DNA from: a virus | IMG/VR virus record: IMGVR_UViG_3300036861_000275 | Coordinates: 1 to 64,000 of that record | Direction: 5' to 3' (one strand) | DNA length: 64,000 nt | Shown here: positions 52,601 to 60,880 of the stretch, one piece after another | Numbering within the stretch: position 1 is the first letter of the stretch | Layout: each line of letters starts with the position of its first letter | The notes under the pieces: generated by a model | Seen by the model: the letters and a program-made list of their open reading frames with translations, nothing else | Databases searched by the model: none | Told to the model about the DNA's origin: nothing | Program-made: the position numbers and the translations under genes

Positions 52601-55556
52601 CAACTTCGACATTCGTACCTCCCTCGGCGGATGGGAGAGCGTACTCCAAGAGCTTACGCATATCAGCCCCGGATAGCGTCCTGCCGCCTGGTGTAGTGTA
52701 CTGCGCGTCCTCCCCTTGACGATAGATGAGATCTAGCAATTCAGGCACGCCGCCGGCCGCATCAACCTGCTCTGCAATGGCCTCTACTAGATCATGGCTC
52801 TGGGGACCGCCTTCGGTCATGGTAGTGATAATGTCCGAGGCTGCTGGTACAGCTATGGTCTCGGTGTCTATGACCTCGTCGCCAAAGGTATCCGCCTGCT
52901 CACGTTGGACACGGGTCTCCCATTCCTGCTTGGATAAGTTCAACCGCCCTAAATCGCTGAGCAGTTGAGCATCGGTGTACGGCTGCCCAGTGACCTCTTG
53001 GACTGCTTCTGCCATTCTGGCAGGAGATAGTCCGTTCTTGTTCTTGTATCTAAATGGTACAGGCGCATACTCTCCTTTAAGATCCTGAGTCGGAGACATT
53101 GCAATACCGCCCTTGGCGCGCACGAACTCACCTAGCCACCACGGATTAGTGGGGTGGGCGCCAACGGTATTCATGGCCTGTTCACGCGTAGTAGGTTGCG
53201 CAGGAGCCTGTTTCGGGGCCTGTGCCGGCGGCTGTTGGGCCTGGACGGCCTGTTTTGGCGCTGGGAGTACGGCAGGCGTAGCCGGCGGTATCGGTTGGGC
53301 GCCTTGAGTCTTAGCGGCCGTCTTGACTGCCTTCTTTCGAGTAACCGGCTGGGCCTGGACGGCGGCTGCCTGTGGCGCTTGCTGGGCGGCCTTTTCTTCG
53401 ATAGCAGGGGCGGCCGGCGCAGCAGGGACAGTCTCCGGCTGAGCTTGCGGTGTAGCGCCCAGCGGAATATCAGTCGTCTGACCTGATTTCGATGAGAACT
53501 GAACGGTGTCTATTAAGGCGCGCATGCCAGCGAATGGCGGCGATATCCCGACGTACTTGTCGCCCATGCCGGGCTTGAGATACGCGATGGTGACGTGCGG
53601 TACATACTCGCCGTGCTCGTTTGTATTCGGCAGATTACCCAGTTCTGTGTTGAGCCGCTTCAGGTCGGCGCTTCTCACTTCCGAATACAGGACATCGTAG
53701 CCTTCCTGCTTGAAAATGTTCAATGGTCCTAGCGTGACCTGAACGGCCTCCGATCCGGCCAGCTTATCTCGAATCGGGCCAGGGTCCTCGTCGTGTAGAC
53801 CGAACCGTACGGTGGCGTGCGGAGTTTCCTCCCTGCCTTTCTCCGCAAGTTCTGCGTCCGGGATCGTGTCAGCAAATGCCCTAACATTTCCTGACATTTC
53901 ATCAGGCAGGTTGACCTGGGTAGAAGAGTGCTCAAACTTCGGTTGTGGCTGTTCTTCGGGCGGCTCAGCCGGCTTCTCGACTGGCTTCTCAACCGGCACC
54001 TCTACTGCTGCTGCCGCCTCTGGTGATGCCTGTTCTGCCTGCTTGCCCACAGGGGCAGCAGTGGGCGGCGGTGGTGGTGGGGGCGGCGGCTCCTCGGCTG
54101 GCGGCTTAGCTACTGCCTGCTGGAACTCGGCCTCGGCGCGCGCCTTCTCGGCCGGCGCCAGTTCCGGTCTAGCAGCAATCTTAGCGGCAATCTCTGTGCT
54201 TAAGATGGTCCGAAGCGGTGTTACGTAGCCCGCCGCAGATCCAGGGGCTGCCTCATATTGTTCTTGCGCTTCTCTCCGTGTCGGAGGCATGCCATGATGA
54301 GCCAGTGCCCCGGCGGGGGCGGCCACGATACCACCGATGACTCCCTGATAGGCTATGTCGCCGGCTCCGGCTTTCAGACGGTCCAACGCGTCCTCTAGAT
54401 CCTGCGATGGAATAGCCGTACTTATGGCTTGCTGCCCGGCCTCTTGGCCTCCCTCTGACCCTATCGTGGCCGCAGTGCGTTTAGCTTTTGCTACGATACC
54501 TTTTCCCTTCACTTCCCCGAAGATGCCCCAGTGGTTCGTGAATGCCAGCAACATCGTGTTTGAGACAAACGACACAGCCGAACGCCTCGCCGCTTGATCG
54601 GGCGTCATGCCCTCGGCTACCATTTGTCTGTAGTCATCGCCGGCTTGCTGCATCGACTCCAGCCCAACCATGGCGCCTTCACCGAACAGGCGAGCCATAT
54701 AGGGAGCGAACCTGCCGATCATCGAGGCTGCTTTCGCAGTCCCCATGGCGGGGACCATGAACAGAGCCATGGATGTCGCGGCGTTCACTAGATCATCGTA
54801 GAGTCCTGGGTTTTGCGGAGTTAACGACTCCTCGATAGCCTCCATCTTCTGCGCCAAAGGCTCTAGGTATTTATCTGCGTATGCTGTGAGAGTCCGCTCA
54901 GTCTTAGGAGTCGTCGTGACAGGTCCGCCGGCGAGTGACGGGCCCTTTTTGAATGATTCTGCGTCAGTTTGTCCCAACTGGTCAGCTAAATTGGCCATGG
55001 CTTGTCCAAAGCCAACAAGTCCGGTCCCCATGCCAACCGTTCCGCGTGCCACGCCGGCACCGGTACGTTCCAGGTATGTATATGGACGCTCTGGCGTTAT
55101 AGGCCGATACGGGGTTCTCATGCCGGATAGGCCGGATGTGACTTCAGCTGTAACCGGCTCTTCAATCGGCGGGCCCGGCCGATTAGGAGTGGCCATACCT
55201 TCACGTTGCTGGGCGGCCGCTACAGCGCCCTGCGCCTCCTGGACTTCAGGACTGACAGTAGGAGCAGCTGGCGCAGGCATCCACGGGAATGATGCCCTTG
55301 GTGTAGTCGGTGGTAGGGGGGTGGGCTCTTCCTCGATCGGAGGACCAGGCCGATTAGGGGCGGCCATACTCTCGGTCGTGGTTTCATTGACCGGGGTTTT
55401 TTCTGGCGCCCCCCTATTGGCTTGATCTATAGCGATAACATCATCTACTGACAATTCTCCGGTAATGGTTGGAGCCGGAGTCGGGGCCTGGGCTGGCTTT
55501 GGGGCCCTGTTCGCCTTGTCAATCTCTACGACTTCATCGAGAGACAGATCGGCCAT
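43617..55556 (-). CDS. Giant (3979 aa) polyvalent virion/ejection protein: 2H phosphoesterase, GNAT, zeta-like kinase, ART-like, EELQSDWHQ domain, JAB/RadC
   Basis: HATV/HVTI; VEPDARRQGVG; GGPASGKT; VYHGT...GFY...GYDGI; HNHPSG; located after the tail and ejection genes. Confidence 0.9.
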   Translation of the reverse strand: MADLSLDEVVEIDKANRAPKPAQAPTPAPTITGELSVDDVIAIDQANRGAPEKTPVNETTTESMAAPNRPGPPIEEEPTPLPPTTPRASFPWMPAPAAPTVSPEVQEAQGAVAAAQQREGMATPNRPGPPIEEPVTAEVTSGLSGMRTPYRPITPERPYTYLERTGAGVARGTVGMGTGLVGFGQAMANLADQLGQTDAESFKKGPSLAGGPVTTTPKTERTLTAYADKYLEPLAQKMEAIEESLTPQNPGLYDDLVNAATSMALFMVPAMGTAKAASMIGRFAPYMARLFGEGAMVGLESMQQAGDDYRQMVAEGMTPDQAARRSAVSFVSNTMLLAFTNHWGIFGEVKGKGIVAKAKRTAATIGSEGGQEAGQQAISTAIPSQDLEDALDRLKAGAGDIAYQGVIGGIVAAPAGALAHHGMPPTRREAQEQYEAAPGSAAGYVTPLRTILSTEIAAKIAARPELAPAEKARAEAEFQQAVAKPPAEEPPPPPPPPPTAAPVGKQAEQASPEAAAAVEVPVEKPVEKPAEPPEEQPQPKFEHSSTQVNLPDEMSGNVRAFADTIPDAELAEKGREETPHATVRFGLHDEDPGPIRDKLAGSEAVQVTLGPLNIFKQEGYDVLYSEVRSADLKRLNTELGNLPNTNEHGEYVPHVTIAYLKPGMGDKYVGISPPFAGMRALIDTVQFSSKSGQTTDIPLGATPQAQPETVPAAPAAPAIEEKAAQQAPQAAAVQAQPVTRKKAVKTAAKTQGAQPIPPATPAVLPAPKQAVQAQQPPAQAPKQAPAQPTTREQAMNTVGAHPTNPWWLGEFVRAKGGIAMSPTQDLKGEYAPVPFRYKNKNGLSPARMAEAVQEVTGQPYTDAQLLSDLGRLNLSKQEWETRVQREQADTFGDEVIDTETIAVPAASDIITTMTEGGPQSHDLVEAIAEQVDAAGGVPELLDLIYRQGEDAQYTTPGGRTLSGADMRKLLEYALPSAEGGTNVEVAQERGGKENPEEPRSQVQGPPAGPEHVGREAQARREAPAEAVPAEVEKPKPYYSALEEKPREALFAVMRKLDTEAERLENVARKNQGPFGTIPVGAAHFDDMLRSLAPGEYVRGLRKGMDPSEALASAKAEMRAAVEKHNKNRPKDINWKRDINSGQDRLLAIHRQVMEAVKVEQPTVVREAGGRQLPEISFQNDVLGVSHGQTDGTLRAMRGDTQVGHIDWASYRGKTYIQYIHVEPDARRQGVGKSLVEELQKGDEPVIWTSTTPEGEALRKAVGGEFAGNPETLEVSTPYDTPEIVAARQEQAAKEPTDEINTIERRQMRDGWADQLYGDGQTVRMWERGALANTDEGTRGKDKILAVVLGGPASGKTDHLAEPLQDRLSALLIDSDIVKLMIPESENGRFNGAVHMESSAVADDVYDHAVSQGDNIVYVLTGKNPDRITQVLNKAKMNGYRVHLAYMALPEEKAAQRAVDRYMNRLQRGEPTQFVDPAYVLEVDARPAATYDALKNDTERVDSYEAWNNDVPRGQRPTQTETGGTFPTRGRLGTSAETQGNGREDIGSLEGKAGLRYEQTPIGEQALVPGVAPRQMPATPLKAGVQQKGFEQTPLGRGSLEEKQNQMLLFEPISPYNRSGSHADNFRQWFGNSHVRNENGDPRVVYHGTGNPGFEEVNPEKFDPGALYGPGFYMTESPNIAGGVVEEDTEVKYFPTQEEAMAAPGRKGFVWSVGQGPIEERQWAASIHTPTFQRRGYAHKGLDVGVADQDERNRVVSELKSSRDWSRGMIERGYLSQGEQQRVDNNVQRFLETGQYAWLDELSGQPYNMRVIQKILERERGVGGVYALYARLENPFQADDTLMTGRQVSDIVDSLPGYVQQEFYESMFPEFTITEALTMLREGMDKPYARGAQVWDALTDAWRANGNEFSTGQANQSLRNAGYDGITHIGGQRTGSPEHRVWIAFNPGQIKSALGNRGSYDSAQHSMLAEAAQEYGVRREPGPVFYSGLKDLIETKLPTRASVDQLRAILRSNEVKQDEVKWSGLDDWLRDKTGPVTKQDVVNFLDANAVKVDEVVYGMAPPELLAKKETIEAAHSAAHREYVSAKGDIWRAVDPLVSGYRADQIMDDLSAGADNQMVHRGLKNLRAALYTGTDSMLINGVPSPPIQAVEDRLAALTDRFFETRDRVADLSRDLNQAARDISNAGQGLKYAAYVLPGAKNGRELLLTLGNVSPLNPNESAELHGLNRKALEEMTQDQFERWVELTHANQPTDDRRIKEAILKRADQAKATAAITLDQNAAGVPQLLKANLLLGYHTNEARSIRYSIPIPGVQESAQGQIRSDLNEFYKWMMLYEQAVSVSDEQPIRGLPAEAVSAGITWHNKMQGADVFDVFDDKGRPIGSYLARDRMDAIIQAETQGPNGFIKTGARLSAEDAASRVNNGGEVLALNRNGNVFEFFRGHAGHVADMVKDGTRFYESPAPTVSKRKPVVFESAHWDAPNILVHTRFNDRTDPEGRRTLHIEELQSDWHQKGRKQGYRRELTIPEIAQIKALQQSFDQERAEYETLIGRRGAEQAEPDEIRSRHKSLVEKEDMIHKLQDVGKTGVPDAPFAKTWHELAFKRVLRWAAENGYDRVSWTTGAQQNERYSISHVINSVTWANTLRGEHQPMVVLGKQGGGGDIKFLVGSDGKVLASTANRGAERFVGHQVDDVLPKPIAARIVGEAQGYIAGDGLEVGGEGMRGFYDKILKDFAVKYGKKWGAKYSMVEVDRPNLVFLGPVSDAEKAAKPWVTLTGSGTVVGQYATRREAQSALDRGNGQWMDNLIDPISKGHPVHSLEVTTAMRESVLDRGQALFERVQDYKKRKDASARTNQLTMDALWDLQAVQATPEDSFKSMAPSSAIWPKGVKVLGLGIRADLVQTGKLDWIGRKIEGHRQLAEMAQVLRDPRYETFRILYTKQGRLVGWTPVSSRLAAVTLAFEGNGTNAEGMARMKATMKDLGADGYWMMHNHPSGNPAVSQDDVNMTTTISGEVPGFQGHVVIDSGTYAVISSGARTPEMATIHKLPGTGPDTLLTPLVEHKLLNADVGTPQAMAAVAGQIVHGHQEIVLVYSDARNKVRAIQTLPLAEYNSGPEFRQWLQDQKRGFGAMRALVYTDSLWAGTDQISRTLIKNGNITDHVWRSPVTGAAGSEAVRTNVERGLEYGEKVTGYAVERERLTGVLPAARAAEARPGETGLMAREPTEDRRRQIQEEVGRRIRERTLARQQELSQAVQKSLPAPGETSPDPLVANPQNMQGAQPGALSQADVNVVDPILALGEHSQVLAVAKDLFTAAGVARDPDMLISDQIRNLMEDGKLTSDHLQSVRAKFGLTDTEFADALFRDAVRDAARRLGALGRLAQAIKRADPQIRAALDEVAEKQGLKEVMREQEIQRRWWNRLNNIRRGLLTTRWATGTHNFWGQNVRVGLDIADVGLQRMIQAGVKGLGGKIDPSRMADPSAAMHQLIDMWFRPGQRGTALQGPSKNEAEIRAILAAFPKEFSRAFSTYGSNELYKKAAGGSQARLDRILDGMDQGVSLLNIVNNWQENAFRNAILHAELDRLTTLRGKDLETLIKGNRADEIHLDDVKAAIQKSLELTFAESPEHGSVPWLFMNLVNRFLPLSFVIPFPRFMLNTLKFYGKFNPLGFLSLLSKAERAEFAKGNFRAISHSLMGAMLLGLSYALRDSDWAGDKWYEVNVGGHNIDITPYNPFAAYLFVGDLMVRARRGTLYNIDSWSILRGILSVNMRAGVGMALVDQLFKGLGDLDTEGMKGRLTGKLFGEAVAGLLVPLKNIQETMAIFSDKFATQRDPSLEPFLGPIKATTPFAAETLPERIAPTTGEVSKRRMPIAGMLGATVTQPKNDAERELDRLGFESREILPTIGIPEWDRMVKEEMGPLVEERIDPYVSSSAYQSLTDAEQREALAKKLREVRGVANSRVRAQDPELWKEMKMKKMGPVKRMIMEEHGR

Positions 55557-55580
55557 GATGGTCTCTATTGTACCCTGGTA

Positions 55581-57551
55581 TTACCTAATCTGCGCGGATC
55601 GGCTATTGATAAGATTGTTCACCATCCGCAGAGCCCGTGCTTGCTCGGACGGTGGCAAATCGGCCATAGGCTTGTCCCCGAAGTAGTACTTCAGGGTCTG
55701 CCGGACCGCCTCCTCTCTGCTCATGGCTGCTGGTCCGCCGCTTGGCCCTGGTTGGGCCGGTTGGCCTCCTGGTTGGGCTCCCGGAACCGCTGTAGTGCCA
55801 CCGAATTCCTTGTATATGGCGTCCACGTTGACATCAATTCCGGGCCTCTTGACCGCAGATTCCCAACCTCCCGGCACCGACAAAAGGGCCTTAACCTGGT
55901 CGACACTGAGCCCCTTATCCGTGATCAGGCGTCGTACTTCGTTTCTGAAAAGGCGCTCCCCTGTGGACGATGAGCGAGGATTAGGTACGGGGCCCGGTTT
56001 CGGAGCCAGTTCTCCAGTTGGCTCTGGCGGTGTCGGGGCGCCCTTGATAAGGGTAGCCTGCTGTTTCTGCCAGTCCGCCACATGCTTATTAGCCTGCTCA
56101 TAGTCCGCTTTCGCTTTCTCGATATCCTCTGGCGTCGCTCCGGAATTAGGCTTCCGAAGATTATTCAGTTCAATCCTAAGCGAGTTGGCGTGTTGCTGCG
56201 CCGTGATGAGGGCGTGTTGCGTCTGACTAATATCGGTAGCCGAGGCTGGAACCTTAGCGAGATCCTTGGTGATTTTAGCAAACTCGGCTGCGTAGACTGC
56301 GCCGTTCTTCGGCAAGGTCGGGTCCAGGCCCCTATCACGAAGATTCTGCGCAGCCATATCGGCAACAGTCTTTGAGATATGCCCAAGACCAGTGATCCTC
56401 AACAGCCATTCCGGCGGTTTCTTGCCGGCCTCAATCTGATTAAGAAGAACACTCTGCACAGCGGAGCGGCGGGCCGGGTCTTTATTGAGGATCGCATCGG
56501 CATTATTCTCTATGACCATAGTCTGATCCAAGTCCTTGCCGATGTTCATGTTCTGGCTTGCCTTATCCGAAGCCTCTTGACGTAGCGCATCCAGCACTGG
56601 ATGACTCAGGACCCTAGATTCTTCAGCGATCTTTCGTAGCATGATCGGCGCCATCTGCCTAGCTAGATGACTGTCGATAGGGTAATCCTGGACCGCCATC
56701 ATGTAAGAAGTCATATTAGCGTCGGTCGGGTCATCGCTGTATTTCTTCTGCAACTTCGACGTTTTAGAGACCCATTCCTGGGTCGCCTGCTGGATCTTCG
56801 GGTTGTCCTGGTCTTTCGCCCAAGCCTTCAGTTCTTCCTGCTTGGCAAGATACCGATCCATCCACTTCTGTGGGTCATCGTCTAGAGCGCTCTTGGCCAA
56901 AAAAGCAGAGCGTTGCGCCTGTAGACCTTTTTCTATGTCGCCATTATCAAATGCAGTCTGAGCCTTTTCCATGGCCTCCCTGAGCTGCTTGTAACCCTCG
57001 TGGTTCCGCCGCTGCTTATCGACCTCGGCCTCGGTCATCACGTTCTTGAGTTTAAGGATGCTTTGAGCGCGGGGGCTCATAAAAAAGGAAGACTGCTGTC
57101 GGGGCGTCATCTTCTTGCGGGTCTCTTCCATGGACACATACGGCGCTCCGGCCACGGCAGGCTTCGGTGCGGTCACAGCAATGCTTGGCATGACTTCGTT
57201 TCCGGGAGCGGCGACGTAATTCCCGGCCTCCCCTCCGATTTGTGGCTGTCCAGGTGGTGACCACGGCTCTACACCCGGAGTAACCCCAGGAATGTTGGCC
57301 GCGATACTGCCCTCGACTGCGGGCTCATACAATGGCGTCGTGCTCGGTGCCCCTAAAACTATCTGTGCGCCCTCTTCTTCGGCCTGCTGCTGTTGCAGAC
57401 CGAGAGCCTCTCTCTGGGTCTGAAGGCCGCGGAGCAGAGATAGTTCGTCGGCCTGACGCAGCTTGAGTCCGGTCTCTAGACCCTGGACTAACCCGGCGTT
57501 CGCCCCCAGGGCCGCCGCTCCTGAGACGCCAGGATACGCTATGCCGGCCAT
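55581..57551 (-). CDS. Putative DNA-ejection/internal virion protein
   Basis: Gln/Ala/Pro-rich helical protein; synteny after the gp10-like gene. Confidence 0.65.
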   Translation of the reverse strand: MAGIAYPGVSGAAALGANAGLVQGLETGLKLRQADELSLLRGLQTQREALGLQQQQAEEEGAQIVLGAPSTTPLYEPAVEGSIAANIPGVTPGVEPWSPPGQPQIGGEAGNYVAAPGNEVMPSIAVTAPKPAVAGAPYVSMEETRKKMTPRQQSSFFMSPRAQSILKLKNVMTEAEVDKQRRNHEGYKQLREAMEKAQTAFDNGDIEKGLQAQRSAFLAKSALDDDPQKWMDRYLAKQEELKAWAKDQDNPKIQQATQEWVSKTSKLQKKYSDDPTDANMTSYMMAVQDYPIDSHLARQMAPIMLRKIAEESRVLSHPVLDALRQEASDKASQNMNIGKDLDQTMVIENNADAILNKDPARRSAVQSVLLNQIEAGKKPPEWLLRITGLGHISKTVADMAAQNLRDRGLDPTLPKNGAVYAAEFAKITKDLAKVPASATDISQTQHALITAQQHANSLRIELNNLRKPNSGATPEDIEKAKADYEQANKHVADWQKQQATLIKGAPTPPEPTGELAPKPGPVPNPRSSSTGERLFRNEVRRLITDKGLSVDQVKALLSVPGGWESAVKRPGIDVNVDAIYKEFGGTTAVPGAQPGGQPAQPGPSGGPAAMSREEAVRQTLKYYFGDKPMADLPPSEQARALRMVNNLINSRSAQIR

Positions 57552-59320
57552 TAGGCTGTCCCTCCTAGGTTGAACACTGGCGCGGGTCGGCTAGCCGCGA
57601 GAGCGGCGCCACCTGCACCAGTGAAGAGCCCTGCGATGCCCTTAGCGGTGTCTGCCGCGTTCTGGCCACCTGCCTTGAAGGCTTCCAACGCCGCCTGATT
57701 CTGTAGCTGATTCGCCTGTTCCGCGGATCGGCCGGCTACATCCAAGCCAAGCAGTTCGCGGGCCGATGGAGCCGTAGCACCAATGGTCGTAGCCGTCGTA
57801 GCCAGCGGTGTCCGCCCTAAGCCTCCGGCGATGCCCTGCGCCTGACCGAGACGATTAGCTTGAACGTTCTCACCAAATTGAGCTCGCTGGAGCTCATTCG
57901 GCGCAAAGTTAGCTAGTCGTCCCTGGAATACGTTTTCCGGCTGAGTGATGTTGAACTGCCGGCGGCTTTGTTCCTGACCGGCTAGATTGACCAGGACTTG
58001 CTGTTTATACTGTTCCCGCCGGACCTGTTGACTCTCCCGCATCCTTTGGAGGGCCTCGATACCAACCGACGACGTCTCATAGGCAGGGCCCTGACTCCTC
58101 AGTAGATCATTACGTAGAGTCTGCTCTTCGATCTTGTACTGGCGGTCCAGTTCCGGTGTCGGCAGATTGCCAGCCAATACACTTCTTACCTGGGCCGCCA
58201 TGGCCTGCTGAATCGGATCTTCATATAGCGCCGGTGCGATGGTCTGGCCGGGCTGAGGCGCCGCGGCAAGCGTATTCTGGGTGGCATTGCTGAACAAAAG
58301 ACCAGATGCTAATGTCGGCGCCAGCCCAGCGGTTGGTCGCTGCAACCCCTGGATGTCCTGAACGGCCTGGATTCTGGCGGCGCGTTCGCCAGGGGCCTGT
58401 TCTTGCTGAGCCAGCAGTTCCCGTCCAGCAGCGCCAAGGGCAGCATCCGATACAGTCCTCTGGCCTGCGACAGCATTCTGAACGTTCGTCGTTAGATCGG
58501 ACGTCACGCCTCGAGGAGCGAACTGAGAGAGATTCTGTGGCGCTAGAGCATTCGCCACGCCCCCGGTACCGCCGGCTGGCATTGATGCGGCCAGAGATCC
58601 CGGGACTGTGCCGGGAGCGTTCTGAGCCCCAGCCAGCACGTTCTCGCCTATTCTTGTGGCCGGGGTTGTCACTGGCGTCGGAGTCTGGAGTTTAGGCGGC
58701 GTCGGAGCGAAGAGTCTGCCGGCAGCCATGCCGACTACACCGAGCCCAAGAGATGTCAGCGCGGCGATACCGGCTGAGCCGGTGGCAAACTCCCCCAGCT
58801 TTTGAATAAATGTCTTCTGTTCCGGTGTTGGTTTTTGAGTGCCAGTACCAGGACCTAAATCCAAGACTTTGCCGGTAGCCAAATCGACTAGCTGATGCTG
58901 CGCGTTTGTGCCGAGCGTATCCATGGCCGCATCTGTGGCGGCCTTTTCATCGGGCGTCAATTTGTTGAAATAAGCTTGGGTCTGGGCGGCTGCGTCCGCT
59001 TGACTCATCATCGGCTGCGACTGGAACTCTGGCTGTGTCTGGAATCCGCCCCCTACCGGCTGAGCAAGCGACGGGATATTGATCGGTCCTCCAGCCGTAG
59101 GTTCTCCGGTGGCGGAGGCTAACTCACCCGGACTCGGTGGAGTTGGGATATTGATGGGATTGACTGGTGATATGGAAGGGAAATCGGTGGCCGGCTGAAT
59201 GGGTTCTGCCGGTGGCGTCAAGTCAATGGGCGTATTCGGCTGTTCCCAGACCGGCGTGAAGTCTAGGGGTTGCCCGTCCTGAATGATGCCGCCAGTATCC
59301 GTCCAGTCCCATTCGGCCAC
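57551..59320 (-). CDS. Putative DNA-ejection (pilot) protein
   Basis: Low-complexity Ala/Gln/Gly/Pro sequence with hydrophobic Gly/Ala segments; synteny. Confidence 0.65.
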   Translation of the reverse strand: MAEWDWTDTGGIIQDGQPLDFTPVWEQPNTPIDLTPPAEPIQPATDFPSISPVNPINIPTPPSPGELASATGEPTAGGPINIPSLAQPVGGGFQTQPEFQSQPMMSQADAAAQTQAYFNKLTPDEKAATDAAMDTLGTNAQHQLVDLATGKVLDLGPGTGTQKPTPEQKTFIQKLGEFATGSAGIAALTSLGLGVVGMAAGRLFAPTPPKLQTPTPVTTPATRIGENVLAGAQNAPGTVPGSLAASMPAGGTGGVANALAPQNLSQFAPRGVTSDLTTNVQNAVAGQRTVSDAALGAAGRELLAQQEQAPGERAARIQAVQDIQGLQRPTAGLAPTLASGLLFSNATQNTLAAAPQPGQTIAPALYEDPIQQAMAAQVRSVLAGNLPTPELDRQYKIEEQTLRNDLLRSQGPAYETSSVGIEALQRMRESQQVRREQYKQQVLVNLAGQEQSRRQFNITQPENVFQGRLANFAPNELQRAQFGENVQANRLGQAQGIAGGLGRTPLATTATTIGATAPSARELLGLDVAGRSAEQANQLQNQAALEAFKAGGQNAADTAKGIAGLFTGAGGAALAASRPAPVFNLGGTA

Positions 59321-59334
59321 GAATCATCCCCCCT

Positions 59335-60879
59335 TTACGCGAGCACGTCTAGTCCGATATAGAGCTTCATTAGCGATACATCGGCCGCAGTTGTAGTCAA
59401 CCCGCTAAATCCCCAACGGTAGGCAATCCCTTTCAAACGCTTCGGCCTGGTGCGTCGCGGCGTGCTCTCGCCGAGAATGAATGGGAGCACCTGAGGCAGA
59501 ACCGCGGGCTGCTCCACCAGACTAAAACTGATGACTTGAGACTTCTGTCCATCCCGGAGCGCCGTGATGGTGTGGGTTGCAGCATTTCTAGGGTCATATT
59601 CGAGCTGAAGGAACCGACCGGCAGTCCTGCGGCCTACGGCCTGTCCTAGCACCGCAGCGAAGTCCGTATCCCACATGTTCCAGTAGAAAGTAAAAGCGGC
59701 GCCGTCCTGGCTCCTATTCGTGCGGTCCAGTTCCCATAGTTTCCCGTTAGCATCGGTCATGGCTGGGATCTCGAAGTTGCCGCTCTTCCGCATAAAAAGA
59801 GCCTCATTACGGTCACGGTCCGAATAGGACCACTTCTCTCCAATCTCCGCCACGTCCAGAACGTCCATGTGTATCCGGACATTCTTGGTTGTAAGACCGG
59901 CCTGATGGCATGCCAACATGGCAACAGCCTTCTGCCCGTAGTAGACGAGTTGCGCCGTGGCCAATTGCGCCAGATTGATCCGCTCCCGCATGAAAGCGCC
60001 CAACTTCTTCGCAGTGATGTCAGATGCCCGCACTGAACCTGACGCCTGCGTCTGGGAGATGAGATGCCAGCCGCCGGCAGGGTCTATAGATAAAACATCG
60101 TCCTCCAACCCGGTCACGTTATAAGGTCCGACGGCACCGGCAGGCCCGACTTGGGTTACGGTCCAGTTAGCCTCGGCCGCATTCCTGGTGTCTAACAGGA
60201 ACACCCCTCGAGGGAACTTCCATATGACCAGGAAGCCCTTGTATGACCACATTGCCGAGATATACTCGCCTACGCCGGGGAAGATAGGCCGCTGGTACGG
60301 GAATGTCAGGAAGTCCTCGTGATCCAGTATGGAGGATCGGTATACCCTGTCGCCGAGCGCGCCCCACAAGAAGCCGGCGTGCGCACAGAGACAGAACGGC
60401 TGATTGGCCCCAGACCAGTCTGCTGGAGGGTTAGAGATGGTAGTCATCACGGTGCCGTCGCCAGAGAGTACCCTGACCGCATTGACGCGGTCCGCCATGA
60501 ACAACTTCACGTTGTTCCCGAGCTGCTCGGCGCCACCCTTTACGAAGTGCGGTATCTGACCGGACGTCGTTAGACCCGAGACTAGAGCCGCGCTGTATGT
60601 ACCATTCCCGTCGTCTTTACGGACCGTGCCATCAGCAAACGCCGTCACGGTGCGCTGCTGTGTCTGGGTAGGGAAGTAGTCGAAGGATGCCAGCCCAGAC
60701 GAGCCTATAGCTACACCAAGCGACGCTGCGCCACCTTCAGTCCGGAGCGTGCGGTCTTCCATAGATACGTTTCTCAATAGGCGCGCTGACCCTAACGGCA
60801 CTCTATCGGCATTCCGAATGCCGTAGATACCGTCCTTGCCGAGAACCACCGGCACTATTAGGGTGTTTTCGTACGGCAT
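59335..60879 (-). CDS. Tail hub/DNA-stabilisation protein (P22 gp10-like)
   Basis: 514-aa beta-rich protein with VYRSS..D.EDF-type repeat; located between tailspike and ejection genes. Confidence 0.7.
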   Translation of the reverse strand: MPYENTLIVPVVLGKDGIYGIRNADRVPLGSARLLRNVSMEDRTLRTEGGAASLGVAIGSSGLASFDYFPTQTQQRTVTAFADGTVRKDDGNGTYSAALVSGLTTSGQIPHFVKGGAEQLGNNVKLFMADRVNAVRVLSGDGTVMTTISNPPADWSGANQPFCLCAHAGFLWGALGDRVYRSSILDHEDFLTFPYQRPIFPGVGEYISAMWSYKGFLVIWKFPRGVFLLDTRNAAEANWTVTQVGPAGAVGPYNVTGLEDDVLSIDPAGGWHLISQTQASGSVRASDITAKKLGAFMRERINLAQLATAQLVYYGQKAVAMLACHQAGLTTKNVRIHMDVLDVAEIGEKWSYSDRDRNEALFMRKSGNFEIPAMTDANGKLWELDRTNRSQDGAAFTFYWNMWDTDFAAVLGQAVGRRTAGRFLQLEYDPRNAATHTITALRDGQKSQVISFSLVEQPAVLPQVLPFILGESTPRRTRPKRLKGIAYRWGFSGLTTTAADVSLMKLYIGLDVLA

Positions 60880-60880
60880 T

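Noticed and set aside
55150-55556. Duplicated PNRPGPPIEE and LSxDxVxxID segments as DGR template/variable repeats
   Set aside because: Short peptide-level repeats with synonymous divergence, not adenine-specific; no reverse transcriptase in the window
43816-58695. Numerous + strand ORFs opposite the giant and ejection genes, and similar ones elsewhere
   Set aside because: Antisense shadows of GC-rich coding sequence with no RBS or recognisable motifs, unlike the LAGLIDADG case
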